A DNA stretch of 64,000 nt from an uncultured Bacilli bacterium (GCA_934176955.1 CAKPOS010000003.1:53411-117410); one strand, 5' to 3'. Shown: positions 29,073 through 39,452, numbered from the stretch's first letter. Notes: generated from the sequence alone by a model not told the origin. Numbers and translations: made by a program.

Positions 29073-29744
29073 ATGGGGAAGGTGATGAGAATGAATACAA
29101 AAAAGTTAAAAAATAAAATACTTTTATGTCTTATTCTAATCGTTATTGGGGTTTCTCTATTATTAAATGATTATGTTGTTGCCAAAAGAGAAAAAGTATT
29201 TAGTGCAACAAATCTAGAATTAACAGAACTTTTAAAAGAAGAAAAAGAAGCAGAAGCAAAAAAACAAGCAGAGCAACAAAAAGAAGAGAAAAAAGAGGAA
29301 CAACAACCACAACAACCAGTAACAACTAATAATAATTATGAAACTTATGCGGGAATATTAGAAATTCCTAAAATTAGTTTTAATAAAGGTTTTTATCAAA
29401 AAGAATCATCACTAAACAATGTAAAATTTAACTTAAAAGTATTAGATTCATCTAGTTATCCAGATGAAAAAAACGGAAATACCATTATTATTGGTCATTC
29501 TGGAAATTATAGTAATAGTTACTTTGGAAATTTATATCAATTAGTAGTAGGAGATACAGCAACCATTACTTATCAAAATAAAAAATATACTTATAAAATT
29601 GTTAATATTTATGATGATACCAAAGATGGAACGGTAACAATTTATCGTGATGAAAGTAAAACTTGCTTAACTTTAATTACCTGTACAAAAGATGATGAAA
29701 CAAAGCAAACGATTTATATATTTGAATTAGAAAGTGTTGAGTAG
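29073..29744 (+). CDS. sortase family transpeptidase
   Basis: N-terminal TM anchor, IIIGHSG histidine and TLITC active-site motif. The start may be ATG 29085 or 29091. Confidence 0.8.
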   Translation: MGKVMRMNTKKLKNKILLCLILIVIGVSLLLNDYVVAKREKVFSATNLELTELLKEEKEAEAKKQAEQQKEEKKEEQQPQQPVTTNNNYETYAGILEIPKISFNKGFYQKESSLNNVKFNLKVLDSSSYPDEKNGNTIIIGHSGNYSNSYFGNLYQLVVGDTATITYQNKKYTYKIVNIYDDTKDGTVTIYRDESKTCLTLITCTKDDETKQTIYIFELESVE

Positions 29745-29755
29745 GGGGGATAAAA

Positions 29756-30979
29756 ATGAAGTATACAAGTATTTTTGAAAAATTATTTAGTTTAATTTCA
29801 ATAATTAATACTACTTGGATTAACTTAGTATTTTTAGGAATTATTGTTTTATCTATCATTTTCTATTCTAGAAAAAAGATTTCTAAAAAGACTTGCTTTA
29901 TTTTATCCACAATAAGTACTTTTCTTCTTATTGGTTATGTTATTTTCAATAATAGTTCATCTTTAGCCACTGTATTTGATAGCATTATGGATGATTTATT
30001 TACCAATATCTATTTCCCATCAACTTATGCGTATTTGTTCGTTTATTTCTTTATGAATATTTCTATTTTAGGAAGTTTAATCAATATTAAACATAAAAGT
30101 ACTTATAAAACAATTCATGGGGTATTCTTTATTATTATCAATTTTCTATTTGCTCTTATTTTAGAGTTTATTGCTAGTAATAAGATTGATATTTTTAAGA
30201 AAACTTCTTTATTTTCTAATAAGAACTTAATTATTTTACTAGAATTAAGTATTATGGTCTTTGTATTTTGGCTACTTACTTTGGGATTAGTATATTTAAG
30301 TACAGTGATTTCTGATAGAATTATATTAAAGCAAGAAAAGAAGGAATTGGAAAAAGACGCACATTTGAAAAATGCAAATGTATTAGAAGCAACAGTAGCT
30401 ATTCCAGAAGAAGTAGGGGAGAAAAATACTTCATCAGTGCCTGCAATGAATACTAATTTGATTGAAAATAATGAGAACTTAAATACAGATACTACACCAA
30501 GTTATCACTTTATTCCAACGATGCCAAATCATTCGATGAATCAACAAACAACAGAATCTATTAAAGATACAATTCCACCATTTATGACATCGTATCCAAC
30601 TCATGAATTTGCAACTCCAGTAAACAATAGAAATGATATCCAAGAAAACAGTTTTGACTTAAGCTCATTTATTCCTAAAAAGCCAGAGAGACAAATTATT
30701 GCTCCAATGAACAATAACAATACTGTTTTAGAGCAAATTTTAAATAATAGTCTACCATATATTCAAGAGAATCCTGAACAAATAAAATTAGAAGAAGAAA
30801 AAAATACGTATACATTAAATGATTATCGAATATTTAATAAAATGTTAAAGGATATTCGAGAACATAATCATAACAATTCTATTACAATTGATAAAAATTT
30901 AGAGTATCGTTTAATTACCAAATATTCAACAGAAACTTATGATCTTTTTAAAAGAATGTTAAAAAATTATTCTAATTAG
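29756..30979 (+). CDS. hypothetical polytopic membrane protein with a soluble C-terminal region
   Basis: About 6 TM helices. The C-terminal ~60 aa resemble those of the next ORF. Confidence 0.55.
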   Translation: MKYTSIFEKLFSLISIINTTWINLVFLGIIVLSIIFYSRKKISKKTCFILSTISTFLLIGYVIFNNSSSLATVFDSIMDDLFTNIYFPSTYAYLFVYFFMNISILGSLINIKHKSTYKTIHGVFFIIINFLFALILEFIASNKIDIFKKTSLFSNKNLIILLELSIMVFVFWLLTLGLVYLSTVISDRIILKQEKKELEKDAHLKNANVLEATVAIPEEVGEKNTSSVPAMNTNLIENNENLNTDTTPSYHFIPTMPNHSMNQQTTESIKDTIPPFMTSYPTHEFATPVNNRNDIQENSFDLSSFIPKKPERQIIAPMNNNNTVLEQILNNSLPYIQENPEQIKLEEEKNTYTLNDYRIFNKMLKDIREHNHNNSITIDKNLEYRLITKYSTETYDLFKRMLKNYSN

Positions 30980-30996
30980 TAGGAGGTGTATGAAAA

Positions 30997-31911
30997 ATGT
31001 TAAAAGAATTATTATCGACTAATCCTTGGTTACTTATTTTAGAAATTTTATTTTGGATAGTTGCTATGTTATTTATGGATAAAAAGAATTTAGAGAAAAA
31101 ATATAAAGTAATTTTTACTATAGGGTATATCATTATCAGTATTTTAACATTCTCCTACCTTAATGGACTTGTTGTCAATATCTTTAAATTAAAATATTTA
31201 TCGGTAAAAACTTATTTAATTGTTATTGTGATAGTGAATGCCATTAGTTTATTTACGATGAATAAAAAAATAAAGCCTATTTATTCTGCATTAAATTATA
31301 TTTTATTTATTACGATGATTATTATATTAGGTTCAACAATTGCAATTATTTTAGGAAATAAAATCCCTGTTTTTTATGTGATGGATGTAAATAATGCGGT
31401 AAATTTTATTGATCTTAGTATGATTATTTTCATTTTCTATTTAATTTGTCTTTGTCTTACTTATATTGGATATTCTTTCTTTGAAAATAAGGAAGAAATT
31501 CAAGAAAAAAGCAAAGAAAAATTTACTTTATGGAAAAAAGAAAAAGAGAATAAGAAAAAGCAGTTATCCTTTGTGAAAAAGAAAAAAGAATCTATTCCTT
31601 CTATAACGAAAGAAGAATTATTAATGCATGATAGAACGATTCCTCTTTATATTCATGATGAAGATTGTAGTATTATTTTTGAAGATAGTAATACAGAAAA
31701 TATCTACCAAAATTATCAAATATTAGAGCATGATATTCATGCTAAAATGGTTAATGGATATACGTTAGAAGAGAATAAAATGTTAAAAAATATTTGCTTA
31801 AAATTACAAGTTACTAGATTGGCTAATATTGATATGAATAATGTTAGTATTTTAAATAAAATTAGTATTGAAGAATATCAATTATTAAGAAATATATTTA
31901 ATTTAAATTAA
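30997..31911 (+). CDS. hypothetical polytopic membrane protein (paralogous C-terminus)
   Basis: About 6 TM helices. The C-terminal GYTLEENKMLKNI...SIEEYQLLRNIF compares with YTLNDYRIFNKMLK...STETYDLFKRML in the previous ORF. Confidence 0.55.
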   Translation: MLKELLSTNPWLLILEILFWIVAMLFMDKKNLEKKYKVIFTIGYIIISILTFSYLNGLVVNIFKLKYLSVKTYLIVIVIVNAISLFTMNKKIKPIYSALNYILFITMIIILGSTIAIILGNKIPVFYVMDVNNAVNFIDLSMIIFIFYLICLCLTYIGYSFFENKEEIQEKSKEKFTLWKKEKENKKKQLSFVKKKKESIPSITKEELLMHDRTIPLYIHDEDCSIIFEDSNTENIYQNYQILEHDIHAKMVNGYTLEENKMLKNICLKLQVTRLANIDMNNVSILNKISIEEYQLLRNIFNLN

Positions 31912-31945
31912 AAGAAAGAACCAAGTAAAATTGATTCTTTCTTTT

Positions 31946-33718
31946 CTATTCAACGGTAACAGATTTAGCAAGATTTCTAGGTTTATCGATATCTAGGTTC
32001 TTCTTTTTTGCTGTATAATAAGCAATTAATTGAAGAGGAATAACACTTAAAATAGGGCTAGTATATTCATCTGCTTTAGGTAAGTAAATGATTTCATCAT
32101 AACAATTTTTATCGATAGAATCGATGATGCCTTCTTTTATAATTAAAACAACATAAGCTCCTCTTGCTTTTACTTCTTTAATATTACTAATTGTTTTAGG
32201 TGCTGTTTCTTCGTGAGTAATTAAAGCAATAACAGGAGTATTTTCTTCAATTAGAGAAATAGGGCCATGTTTAAGTTCCCCAGCTGGGAAAGCTTCACTG
32301 TGAATATAAGTAATTTCCTTTAGCTTTAAAGAGCCTTCTAGCATACTAACATAATCGATATTTCTTCCTAAATAGAAAATATCTTTCTTTTGATAAAGAT
32401 GTTTTACAATAATAGAGTAATCATATTCCATTAACTTATCTATCTTAGCTGGTAATTCTTGATAAGTATTTTTCTTTTCTCTTTTGTTTTGATATTCTAA
32501 AGCAAGTAATCCTAAAATATATACTTGAGAAGTATAAGCTTTCGTCGAAGCAACGGCTACTTCACAACCAGCATGTGTGTAGATTACGGCATCAACAGTT
32601 CTAGCAATAGAACTATTATAAACATTAATAATTCCTAAAGTAGTAGCCCCTTTTTCTTTAGCCATTTTGACACAGGCTAGAGTATCTGCTGTTTCTCCTG
32701 ATTGAGAGATGGCAATGACTAAAGTATTTTTATCTAAAAAATTTCTTTGATAGCGATATTCCGAAGCAACATAAACATTGACTTCAAAATCAGTATTTTT
32801 TTCAAATAAATACTTCCCAATAAGTCCAGCATGATAAGCAGTACCGCAAGCAACAATATGAATGTGATGATAAGCAGTAATATCAAATAATTTTTCTTTT
32901 TTGTTAAAATAAAGGTCATTCCATTTTTTAATTAGATTACTTTGTTCTTTTATTTCTTTCATCATATAATGTTCTTGATTACCTTTATTAGAAATCTCTA
33001 CTTCCTCATTTAAAGTTTTAACGACATAGTCTTTTAAAATACCATTATGATAAATAGAAACATTATTCATAGAAAGTACACCTATTTCGTTGTCTTCTAA
33101 AATAATATAATCTTTTGTTTCCTCTAAATAAGCAGAAAAATCAGAAGCAACAAAATATTCTTCTTTTCCTATTCCAATAACTAAAGGACTTTCTTTCTTC
33201 ATGACATATAATTTATCTTGTTCCCCCCGAACCATTACTACAATTGCATAGCTCCCTTTCAACTTCTTCATCGCCGAATTTAACACATCAACCATTTTTA
33301 AAGAAGAATGCGTTTTCTTTATCCAATCAATTAAAGCACAAGCAACCTCTGTATCTGTTTCTGATTGAAATAAATAACCATTGTTTTCAAGTTCTTTTTT
33401 GATTTCTAAATCATTTTCAATAATTCCGTTATGAACAATGGTAATATTTCCTACTTGATGAGGATGACAATTTGTTGTAGTAACTTTCCCATGTGTTGCC
33501 CATCTCGTATGCCCAATACCCACATGACTAGAAAGAGAATAATCTAACTTTTTTTCTAATTTCTGAATTCTTCCTACACTTTTTTGAAGAATAATGTCTT
33601 CGTTTTGGAAAAAAGCAATTCCTGCAGAGTCATATCCTCTATATTCCAACCTTTTAAGCCCCTTAATAAGAATTGGTAACACTTGTCTTTTACCAATATA
33701 TCCAACAATACCACACAT
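31946..33718 (-). CDS. glmS: glutamine--fructose-6-phosphate aminotransferase
   Basis: MCGIVGY N-terminal nucleophile and two SIS domains. The C-terminus reads ...KPRNLAKSVTVE. Confidence 0.95.
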   Translation of the reverse strand: MCGIVGYIGKRQVLPILIKGLKRLEYRGYDSAGIAFFQNEDIILQKSVGRIQKLEKKLDYSLSSHVGIGHTRWATHGKVTTTNCHPHQVGNITIVHNGIIENDLEIKKELENNGYLFQSETDTEVACALIDWIKKTHSSLKMVDVLNSAMKKLKGSYAIVVMVRGEQDKLYVMKKESPLVIGIGKEEYFVASDFSAYLEETKDYIILEDNEIGVLSMNNVSIYHNGILKDYVVKTLNEEVEISNKGNQEHYMMKEIKEQSNLIKKWNDLYFNKKEKLFDITAYHHIHIVACGTAYHAGLIGKYLFEKNTDFEVNVYVASEYRYQRNFLDKNTLVIAISQSGETADTLACVKMAKEKGATTLGIINVYNSSIARTVDAVIYTHAGCEVAVASTKAYTSQVYILGLLALEYQNKREKKNTYQELPAKIDKLMEYDYSIIVKHLYQKKDIFYLGRNIDYVSMLEGSLKLKEITYIHSEAFPAGELKHGPISLIEENTPVIALITHEETAPKTISNIKEVKARGAYVVLIIKEGIIDSIDKNCYDEIIYLPKADEYTSPILSVIPLQLIAYYTAKKKNLDIDKPRNLAKSVTVE

Positions 33719-33737
33719 AAAAAATTTAATTCCTTTC

Positions 33738-33858
33738 TTAAAGATATATTTTTGTTACAATTTTGATTTTGCTTTTTGAATATATCTTTCACTTGTAGCA
33801 TCCGCCGAAATTTCGATAACTACAATCCTCGTCACCTGATATAGGTCTGGCGCTAGAT
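33738..33858 (-). ncRNA. glmS ribozyme (compact form)
   Basis: The minus strand reads A-GCGCCAGACC...GGUGACGAGGAUUGUAGUUAUCGAAAUUUCGGCGGAUGCUACAAG. An AAGAUAUAU/AUAUAUCUU helix follows. This matches the conserved glmS ribozyme core and lies directly upstream of glmS. Confidence 0.85.
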
Positions 33859-34086
33859 TCCTATTTTTCTCCTTCCTGCTAGGTTAATCTTAATTTTATT
33901 ATATAAGATAAATCTAAAATTTGAAGTAGACTAGACAGAAATTTTACATTAATTGATAAATTCTTTATTTTTTTTGATTTGAATAAAATACTGATAAAGA
34001 TGCTTTTTTATTAGAAAGATTTAAGTTAATAATTTAAAAAAATATGATTATTTGTTATAATATAAGTAATAAAGTAGGTGTTATAT

Positions 34087-37000
34087 ATGGTAGAACATAT
34101 AAAAGAAGTACTAAGAGAATCTGTAAATAGAAAAAATCCTTCTTATGCTAGAAACAATCTAACGGAAGAAGAAAAAGACTATTTTTTTAATAATTTAGAT
34201 TTCTTTTTAAAAGTTAGTAATGAAGAAAATTTTAATAGAGATTCAGTTCTAAATATTATTTCAGAGATGTCCACGCAAGAGAAGGCAATGAAGAGACTTA
34301 AAAATATACAAGAAATGAATCAAATGCAAAAATTTATAATCATTAATAATTTGCCAAACGATAAACTGAAAACAGAAAATTTACCATTATTAGATGATGA
34401 AGATTCTAAGTTTAAGATAATCTGTAATATGGTAGATGATGGAGAAAAAATTAAAGTTTTACCATTATTAAATGATATTGATAGATATGTCATAATGTAT
34501 GGAATGACAGATGATGAACAGATAAAAAAAGGAATCCCCTTAATTGAAAATGAAAAACATAAGGCTGAGATCATACAACGTCTGGGAACAGACAAATTAA
34601 AATATGAGACCATAGATAATTTGAAAGAAGATAAATATATAACAGATGTAGTAACAGGATTGTCATTTGAATATCAATATCATTACCTACTAAAAATACT
34701 GAAAACAGACAATAAGAATGAACTTATATATCAAATTTTATTAGGAATACCCCAAGAAGAAAAGACTAAGATTTTTTCATTGCTAGAGAATAGGGAAAAA
34801 GAAGTAATGGTAATGAATCTATCAAATAATGAAGAAAAAAAGTTTTTTATTGATTTATTGAATGAAGAATCTAAACTAAAAGTACTAAAAAAAATGTCAA
34901 ATGATGAAGAAAGAATATTAGTATTTAATTCTATTTCATCTCCAAATACAAAAATAGAGAATTTGCCATTGCTAGAGAATGAAGAGTCTAAATCTATGGT
35001 AATCCAATCCCTTTCAACGGATGATGAAAAAATTAAAGGATTAAATTTCTTAAAAAGAAATTCTGAAAAATTTAATGTAATCAATACTTTATCAACAGAT
35101 GACAAGAAAATAGAGGGATTAAGTCACTTAGAAGGAGATTTTGACAAAGTTAAAGTAATAAAAAAATTATCAAATGATAGAAAAAAATTAGATAGTTTAC
35201 CTTTATTAACAGATGAAACTCAAAGGAGTGAGGTAATAGAGACTTTTTCAATCGATAGGATGAAAATAGAAGCCCTAAAGTTTTTAAATTCGGATTGGGA
35301 AAAGGTTAAAATAATAAAAGCGTTAACGATTGGAGATAAAAAACAAAATTTGTCACAATTAAAAAATGATAAAGCAAAAACAGAAATAATACTTACTTTC
35401 CCAGGAGAGGATGAAAAAATAAAAGAATTATCTATATTGCAAGATGATTATGCAAAACTTCTAGTAATATATAGCTTGTCGCCTGACGAAAAATTTAATC
35501 ATTTGATGGAGATTAAAAAAGCAGAAAATCGTCTTATTTTAATAAAAAGTATGAATGAAGAATATAAAATTAAGGCATTAAATAAAGAATATGGATTGAT
35601 ATTTAAAAAAAATTTTTCTAACAATTTAAATAATAAATACAGTGATTTACAGCCAATGAATGAAAATCTATTGGCAGAAATTGTTATCTCATTAACTGAC
35701 ATAGAACAAAAAGTAAAATTATTACCATATTTTAAGGAAAACAATGTTTTAAGTATTGTTTATTCTTTAAAAACAGAAACCCAAAAATTAGAGGCACTTA
35801 AATATATTAGTAGTAATACTATAAAATTAGAAATACTTTCACAACTTTCTCCAGAAAATATAACTTCAGGATTAGATGATTTAACATGGTTTAGTAATGA
35901 AGAAGATAGAGGATATAGTAAAAAGTTAAAAATTATTGAAGAATATCAGAAAATGTTAGAAGAAAAAAATGACTATCAAAAAAATGCTTTTGTAAATTAT
36001 ATCGAAAATCATCATGAAAATTTAGAGGAAAGTTCAATAAGTCAGATTACAAATATTCTAAGTCGATTTAGTAAATCTAATTCTTTAGAATTATCTAATT
36101 TAAAAGAACAATTAACCCCATTAGTACTTTCAACACAAAATCCTATAGAATCATTTAATAAAATAGAAAAAATATTTTTAAAAAACAATATTCCTATGTT
36201 TGGAAAAGAATTTTTATGTTTTCAAAACCTATATCCAGAATTTCAAAAAGAACAAGGAGAAGAAAAAATATTTGATTTTACAGAAGGAAGTAGGATATCT
36301 CCTGAACTTCTTCATCCTACTCAAACAAGAAAAATGAAAGTAGTATCAAAAAATGCTACAAATAAAGATATTCGCTTTCAAATTGTATTCAATGATTTAC
36401 TAAGAATTGCCAGTCGTTCAAATAATCGTTCTTTAATAGAGTATCTAAATAATATTGAATATGGAAATACTTTATTTTTAGGAATATCAAAAGGAATAAT
36501 AACGTTTAATGACTTAGATGATAAATCAAAACAAATATTAGATGTTTTTTCCAATCATTTAGCAGCCTTATACGAAAATACTGAAAAAGGATCAGAAGAA
36601 ATTTTTGAAAATTTATCTACTGTGGAAAAGATTGCTTACTTTTCTCGAAAATTTAGTCCGACCAGCAGGTATGATTTACCTGATAGAATTGTTAGAAGTT
36701 TTGCTTATCAAGCAGGAATTGAAAGTTTTGAACAATTTAAGGACATTGTGATAAATTCTGTCCGAGAAAAAGAAGTAGTTTCAAAGAAAAAATCAGAAGA
36801 GTTAAAAAACGGAAAAAAGTTAGTTTTAGAACCAGGAGATTTTATTAGAGGTATAGGGAATATTGATTGCGTGGAAAGTTCTTTAAATAATGGCAATATA
36901 TGTAAAGAATTTTTAGGAACATTTTTGGGGGAAAGTAAATCTGATACGACGCCATTAGATGTTGATTTAACTTTAATTACCGAAGAAAATACGGATATTT

Positions 37001-38553
37001 ATCATAATATTGAAAATACTCCAACAGGCTTTGGTTTTGGTAATATTTATGTCATTTTAAAAAAAGATAATCCCAATTTAAATATTACTCGTGATAAAGA
37101 GGGAAATTTAACAGGTAAAGAATATAATCCATCTAAAGTAGAAGTATTTGGAACAAATACGCAGAAAGGTGGTTATGAAGCACACTGGGGAGCGCGGACA
37201 GGAATTGCTTCATCAGACATAGATTACATTTTATTTAAAGAAGACTTAACAATTGATCCCGAAAATCCATATTCTGAAGATGGAAAAGTAAATTATATTT
37301 TACCTAAATCAGAATTTGAAAAGAAAGAGTATTATGGTAAGCATCAAAATGATTTAGCAATCTTAAAAAATGAAGTAGTAAAAAATGGATTTTATATTCC
37401 TATTGTAGATTTTTCGGGAAAAATTATTTTTACTGATGAAGAGTATCAAGAATTAAAACAAAAGATGGAAGGATTATCACATTATGAAAGTAAAGAGTAT
37501 CATTTAAAACAGCACCAATATAGTGATTACACAGAAAGAATAAAAGGATTGTTAGCTAGTAACAAACAAGAAACAAAAATTCAATCACAAAAAGTATATC
37601 AAGCACTATCTAATATCATTCAATCCATTCCTATAGATGAAAATTCAACTAAAACCTTACAAGCTAAAAACAAAATAGGAATTGATTTAACGCCTGGAAG
37701 TGTAGAAGTATTAGAAACTGGATCATCAGTTAGAGGAACAAATGTTCCATATGATTTTGACTTTGACTATATTTTTAGATTAGATTCTAATATGATTAAC
37801 AATGCCGAAAAAATGCATCAGTTCCGTACAAAAATATGTGAAGCATTAAATATTACTTCAGTACCATCTGGTGAATTCCGAGATGTAGAAGCAACTATTC
37901 CAGGACTAGGAACAATAAAATTAGACATTACTTTCATTCAAAAAAATGATAAAGTAGAATATTCCACAGAAATGGCTTTGCAAGATAGAATGGATACTAT
38001 TTATAAAAGTAACCCAGCAGTAGGAGATGAAGTAACAGCAAATATCATACTAGCAAAACTACTTTTAAAACAAGCTGGCTGCTATAAGCCAGAGAGAAAA
38101 GATTCAAATCAAGGTGGATTAGGTGGAGTAGGAATAGAAAACTGGATTACCCAAAATGGAGGTACCCTAGAAACTGCTGCTAATAGTTTTTTAAAAGCAT
38201 CTGAAGGCAAAACATATGAAGAATTCAAACAAATTTACCATATTCATGATTATGGAAAAAATCACTTGTATAAAGAAAAGAACAAATATCCTTATGATGA
38301 TTTTATCTTTAATAACATGAATCGTATAGGATATCAAAAAATGCAAGAAGTATTAAGAAAATATATTCGATATTTATCAGGAGAAAAAGACCTTTTCCCA
38401 GAGTTAGAAGAAGTTTTAAATGCATTAGAACAACAACAAGAAAAAGAAGTAACAATTACACATAGTAGAGGAATAGTTTCTTTCTTTATCTTAATTAGTT
38501 TAAGTTTATTGATTTCTATCATAACCATTATTGATATCCTTTTAAGAAAATAG
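34087..38553 (+). CDS. giant repeat-containing protein with a Pol-beta-type nucleotidyltransferase signature and a C-terminal TM anchor
   Basis: AGGTG RBS 7 nt before ATG 34087; the track start is 34078. Carries a 26-aa repeat array, GSSVRGT...DFDFD and a terminal hydrophobic helix followed by RK. Confidence 0.75.
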   Translation: MVEHIKEVLRESVNRKNPSYARNNLTEEEKDYFFNNLDFFLKVSNEENFNRDSVLNIISEMSTQEKAMKRLKNIQEMNQMQKFIIINNLPNDKLKTENLPLLDDEDSKFKIICNMVDDGEKIKVLPLLNDIDRYVIMYGMTDDEQIKKGIPLIENEKHKAEIIQRLGTDKLKYETIDNLKEDKYITDVVTGLSFEYQYHYLLKILKTDNKNELIYQILLGIPQEEKTKIFSLLENREKEVMVMNLSNNEEKKFFIDLLNEESKLKVLKKMSNDEERILVFNSISSPNTKIENLPLLENEESKSMVIQSLSTDDEKIKGLNFLKRNSEKFNVINTLSTDDKKIEGLSHLEGDFDKVKVIKKLSNDRKKLDSLPLLTDETQRSEVIETFSIDRMKIEALKFLNSDWEKVKIIKALTIGDKKQNLSQLKNDKAKTEIILTFPGEDEKIKELSILQDDYAKLLVIYSLSPDEKFNHLMEIKKAENRLILIKSMNEEYKIKALNKEYGLIFKKNFSNNLNNKYSDLQPMNENLLAEIVISLTDIEQKVKLLPYFKENNVLSIVYSLKTETQKLEALKYISSNTIKLEILSQLSPENITSGLDDLTWFSNEEDRGYSKKLKIIEEYQKMLEEKNDYQKNAFVNYIENHHENLEESSISQITNILSRFSKSNSLELSNLKEQLTPLVLSTQNPIESFNKIEKIFLKNNIPMFGKEFLCFQNLYPEFQKEQGEEKIFDFTEGSRISPELLHPTQTRKMKVVSKNATNKDIRFQIVFNDLLRIASRSNNRSLIEYLNNIEYGNTLFLGISKGIITFNDLDDKSKQILDVFSNHLAALYENTEKGSEEIFENLSTVEKIAYFSRKFSPTSRYDLPDRIVRSFAYQAGIESFEQFKDIVINSVREKEVVSKKKSEELKNGKKLVLEPGDFIRGIGNIDCVESSLNNGNICKEFLGTFLGESKSDTTPLDVDLTLITEENTDIYHNIENTPTGFGFGNIYVILKKDNPNLNITRDKEGNLTGKEYNPSKVEVFGTNTQKGGYEAHWGARTGIASSDIDYILFKEDLTIDPENPYSEDGKVNYILPKSEFEKKEYYGKHQNDLAILKNEVVKNGFYIPIVDFSGKIIFTDEEYQELKQKMEGLSHYESKEYHLKQHQYSDYTERIKGLLASNKQETKIQSQKVYQALSNIIQSIPIDENSTKTLQAKNKIGIDLTPGSVEVLETGSSVRGTNVPYDFDFDYIFRLDSNMINNAEKMHQFRTKICEALNITSVPSGEFRDVEATIPGLGTIKLDITFIQKNDKVEYSTEMALQDRMDTIYKSNPAVGDEVTANIILAKLLLKQAGCYKPERKDSNQGGLGGVGIENWITQNGGTLETAANSFLKASEGKTYEEFKQIYHIHDYGKNHLYKEKNKYPYDDFIFNNMNRIGYQKMQEVLRKYIRYLSGEKDLFPELEEVLNALEQQQEKEVTITHSRGIVSFFILISLSLLISIITIIDILLRK

Positions 38554-38615
38554 CGCTTGCTATTTTTTTTAAATAGGGATAAATTATGTTATAATATGAA
38601 TTGGAAGTGTTAGAA

Positions 38616-39452
38616 ATGGAAAAAAAGAAAGAAGAAAATATAGATTTGATAAAATACTTATCAAGCTTAGGATATGCGAAGAATAAAGCAAAAACTTATG
38701 TAAGGTTAGGTTTTGTTAAAGTCAATGGAAAAGAAATCAATAAATTACCTTATTTATTAAAAGAAAATGATATCGTAAAAATAGAGAAGAAAGAAGAAAA
38801 AAACTATAATATCCATATTGTTTATGAAGATGACCATTATTTAGTTGTAGATAAAGAAGCAGGCTTATTAACGATAAGTACTTCTAATCAAACCAAAAAA
38901 GAAGAAGATACCCTTTATAAAAGAGTAAGAGCATACTTAAACCATAAACATGAATATGCATTTATTGTCAATCGAATTGATAAAGAAACCTCAGGTCTAG
39001 TTATCTTTGTTAAAGAAGAAAAATTAAAAGAACAACTCCAAAAAGATTGGAATACAATTGTTAAAAAAAGAAATTATATTGCAATTGTACCAGGTGTGAT
39101 GACAAAAAAAGGACATATTGATAATTATTTATATGAAGATAAAATGACTTTTACACATTCTACTAAAGTAGGAGGAAAAAGAGCAATCACAGATTATTTT
39201 CCCATCAAAAATAATCATCAATATACAATGCTTAATGTAGAAATAAAAACAGGACGAAAAAATCAAATTCGTGTTCACTTAAAAGAGTTGGGTTACCCCA
39301 TTTTAGGAGATAAAAAATATGGAAGTAGAATTAACCCTCTAAAAAGATTAGCCCTTCATCATGATAAAATCTCGTTTATAGATCCAATTTCGAATAAAAC
39401 TTTAACATTCACCTCAAGCGTTCCAAAGGAATTTTATGTTTTATTTCATTAG
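38616..39452 (+). CDS. RluA-family pseudouridine synthase with an S4-like N-terminus
   Basis: NRIDKETSGLVIF catalytic Asp motif and KNQIRVHL. Confidence 0.85.
   Translation: MEKKKEENIDLIKYLSSLGYAKNKAKTYVRLGFVKVNGKEINKLPYLLKENDIVKIEKKEEKNYNIHIVYEDDHYLVVDKEAGLLTISTSNQTKKEEDTLYKRVRAYLNHKHEYAFIVNRIDKETSGLVIFVKEEKLKEQLQKDWNTIVKKRNYIAIVPGVMTKKGHIDNYLYEDKMTFTHSTKVGGKRAITDYFPIKNNHQYTMLNVEIKTGRKNQIRVHLKELGYPILGDKKYGSRINPLKRLALHHDKISFIDPISNKTLTFTSSVPKEFYVLFH

Noticed and set aside
33574-33801. ORFs 33574-33801 (-) and 33594-33779 (+) at the glmS 5' end
   Set aside because: They overlap the glmS start and the glmS ribozyme, and the RNA element explains the conservation.
34320-38528. Five minus-strand ORFs (34320, 34731, 35499, 36708 and 38334) inside the giant gene
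   Set aside because: These are antisense shadow ORFs with Ser/Phe/Ile-rich composition typical of reverse-frame reading of Lys/Glu-rich genes.
38440-38553. C-terminus of the giant protein as a sortase sorting signal
   Set aside because: A hydrophobic helix plus a basic tail is present, but no LPXTG, NPQTN or SPXTG-like motif precedes it (the sequence is ...VTITHSRGIVSFF...). A cytoplasmic-type NTase domain also argues for a tail anchor.
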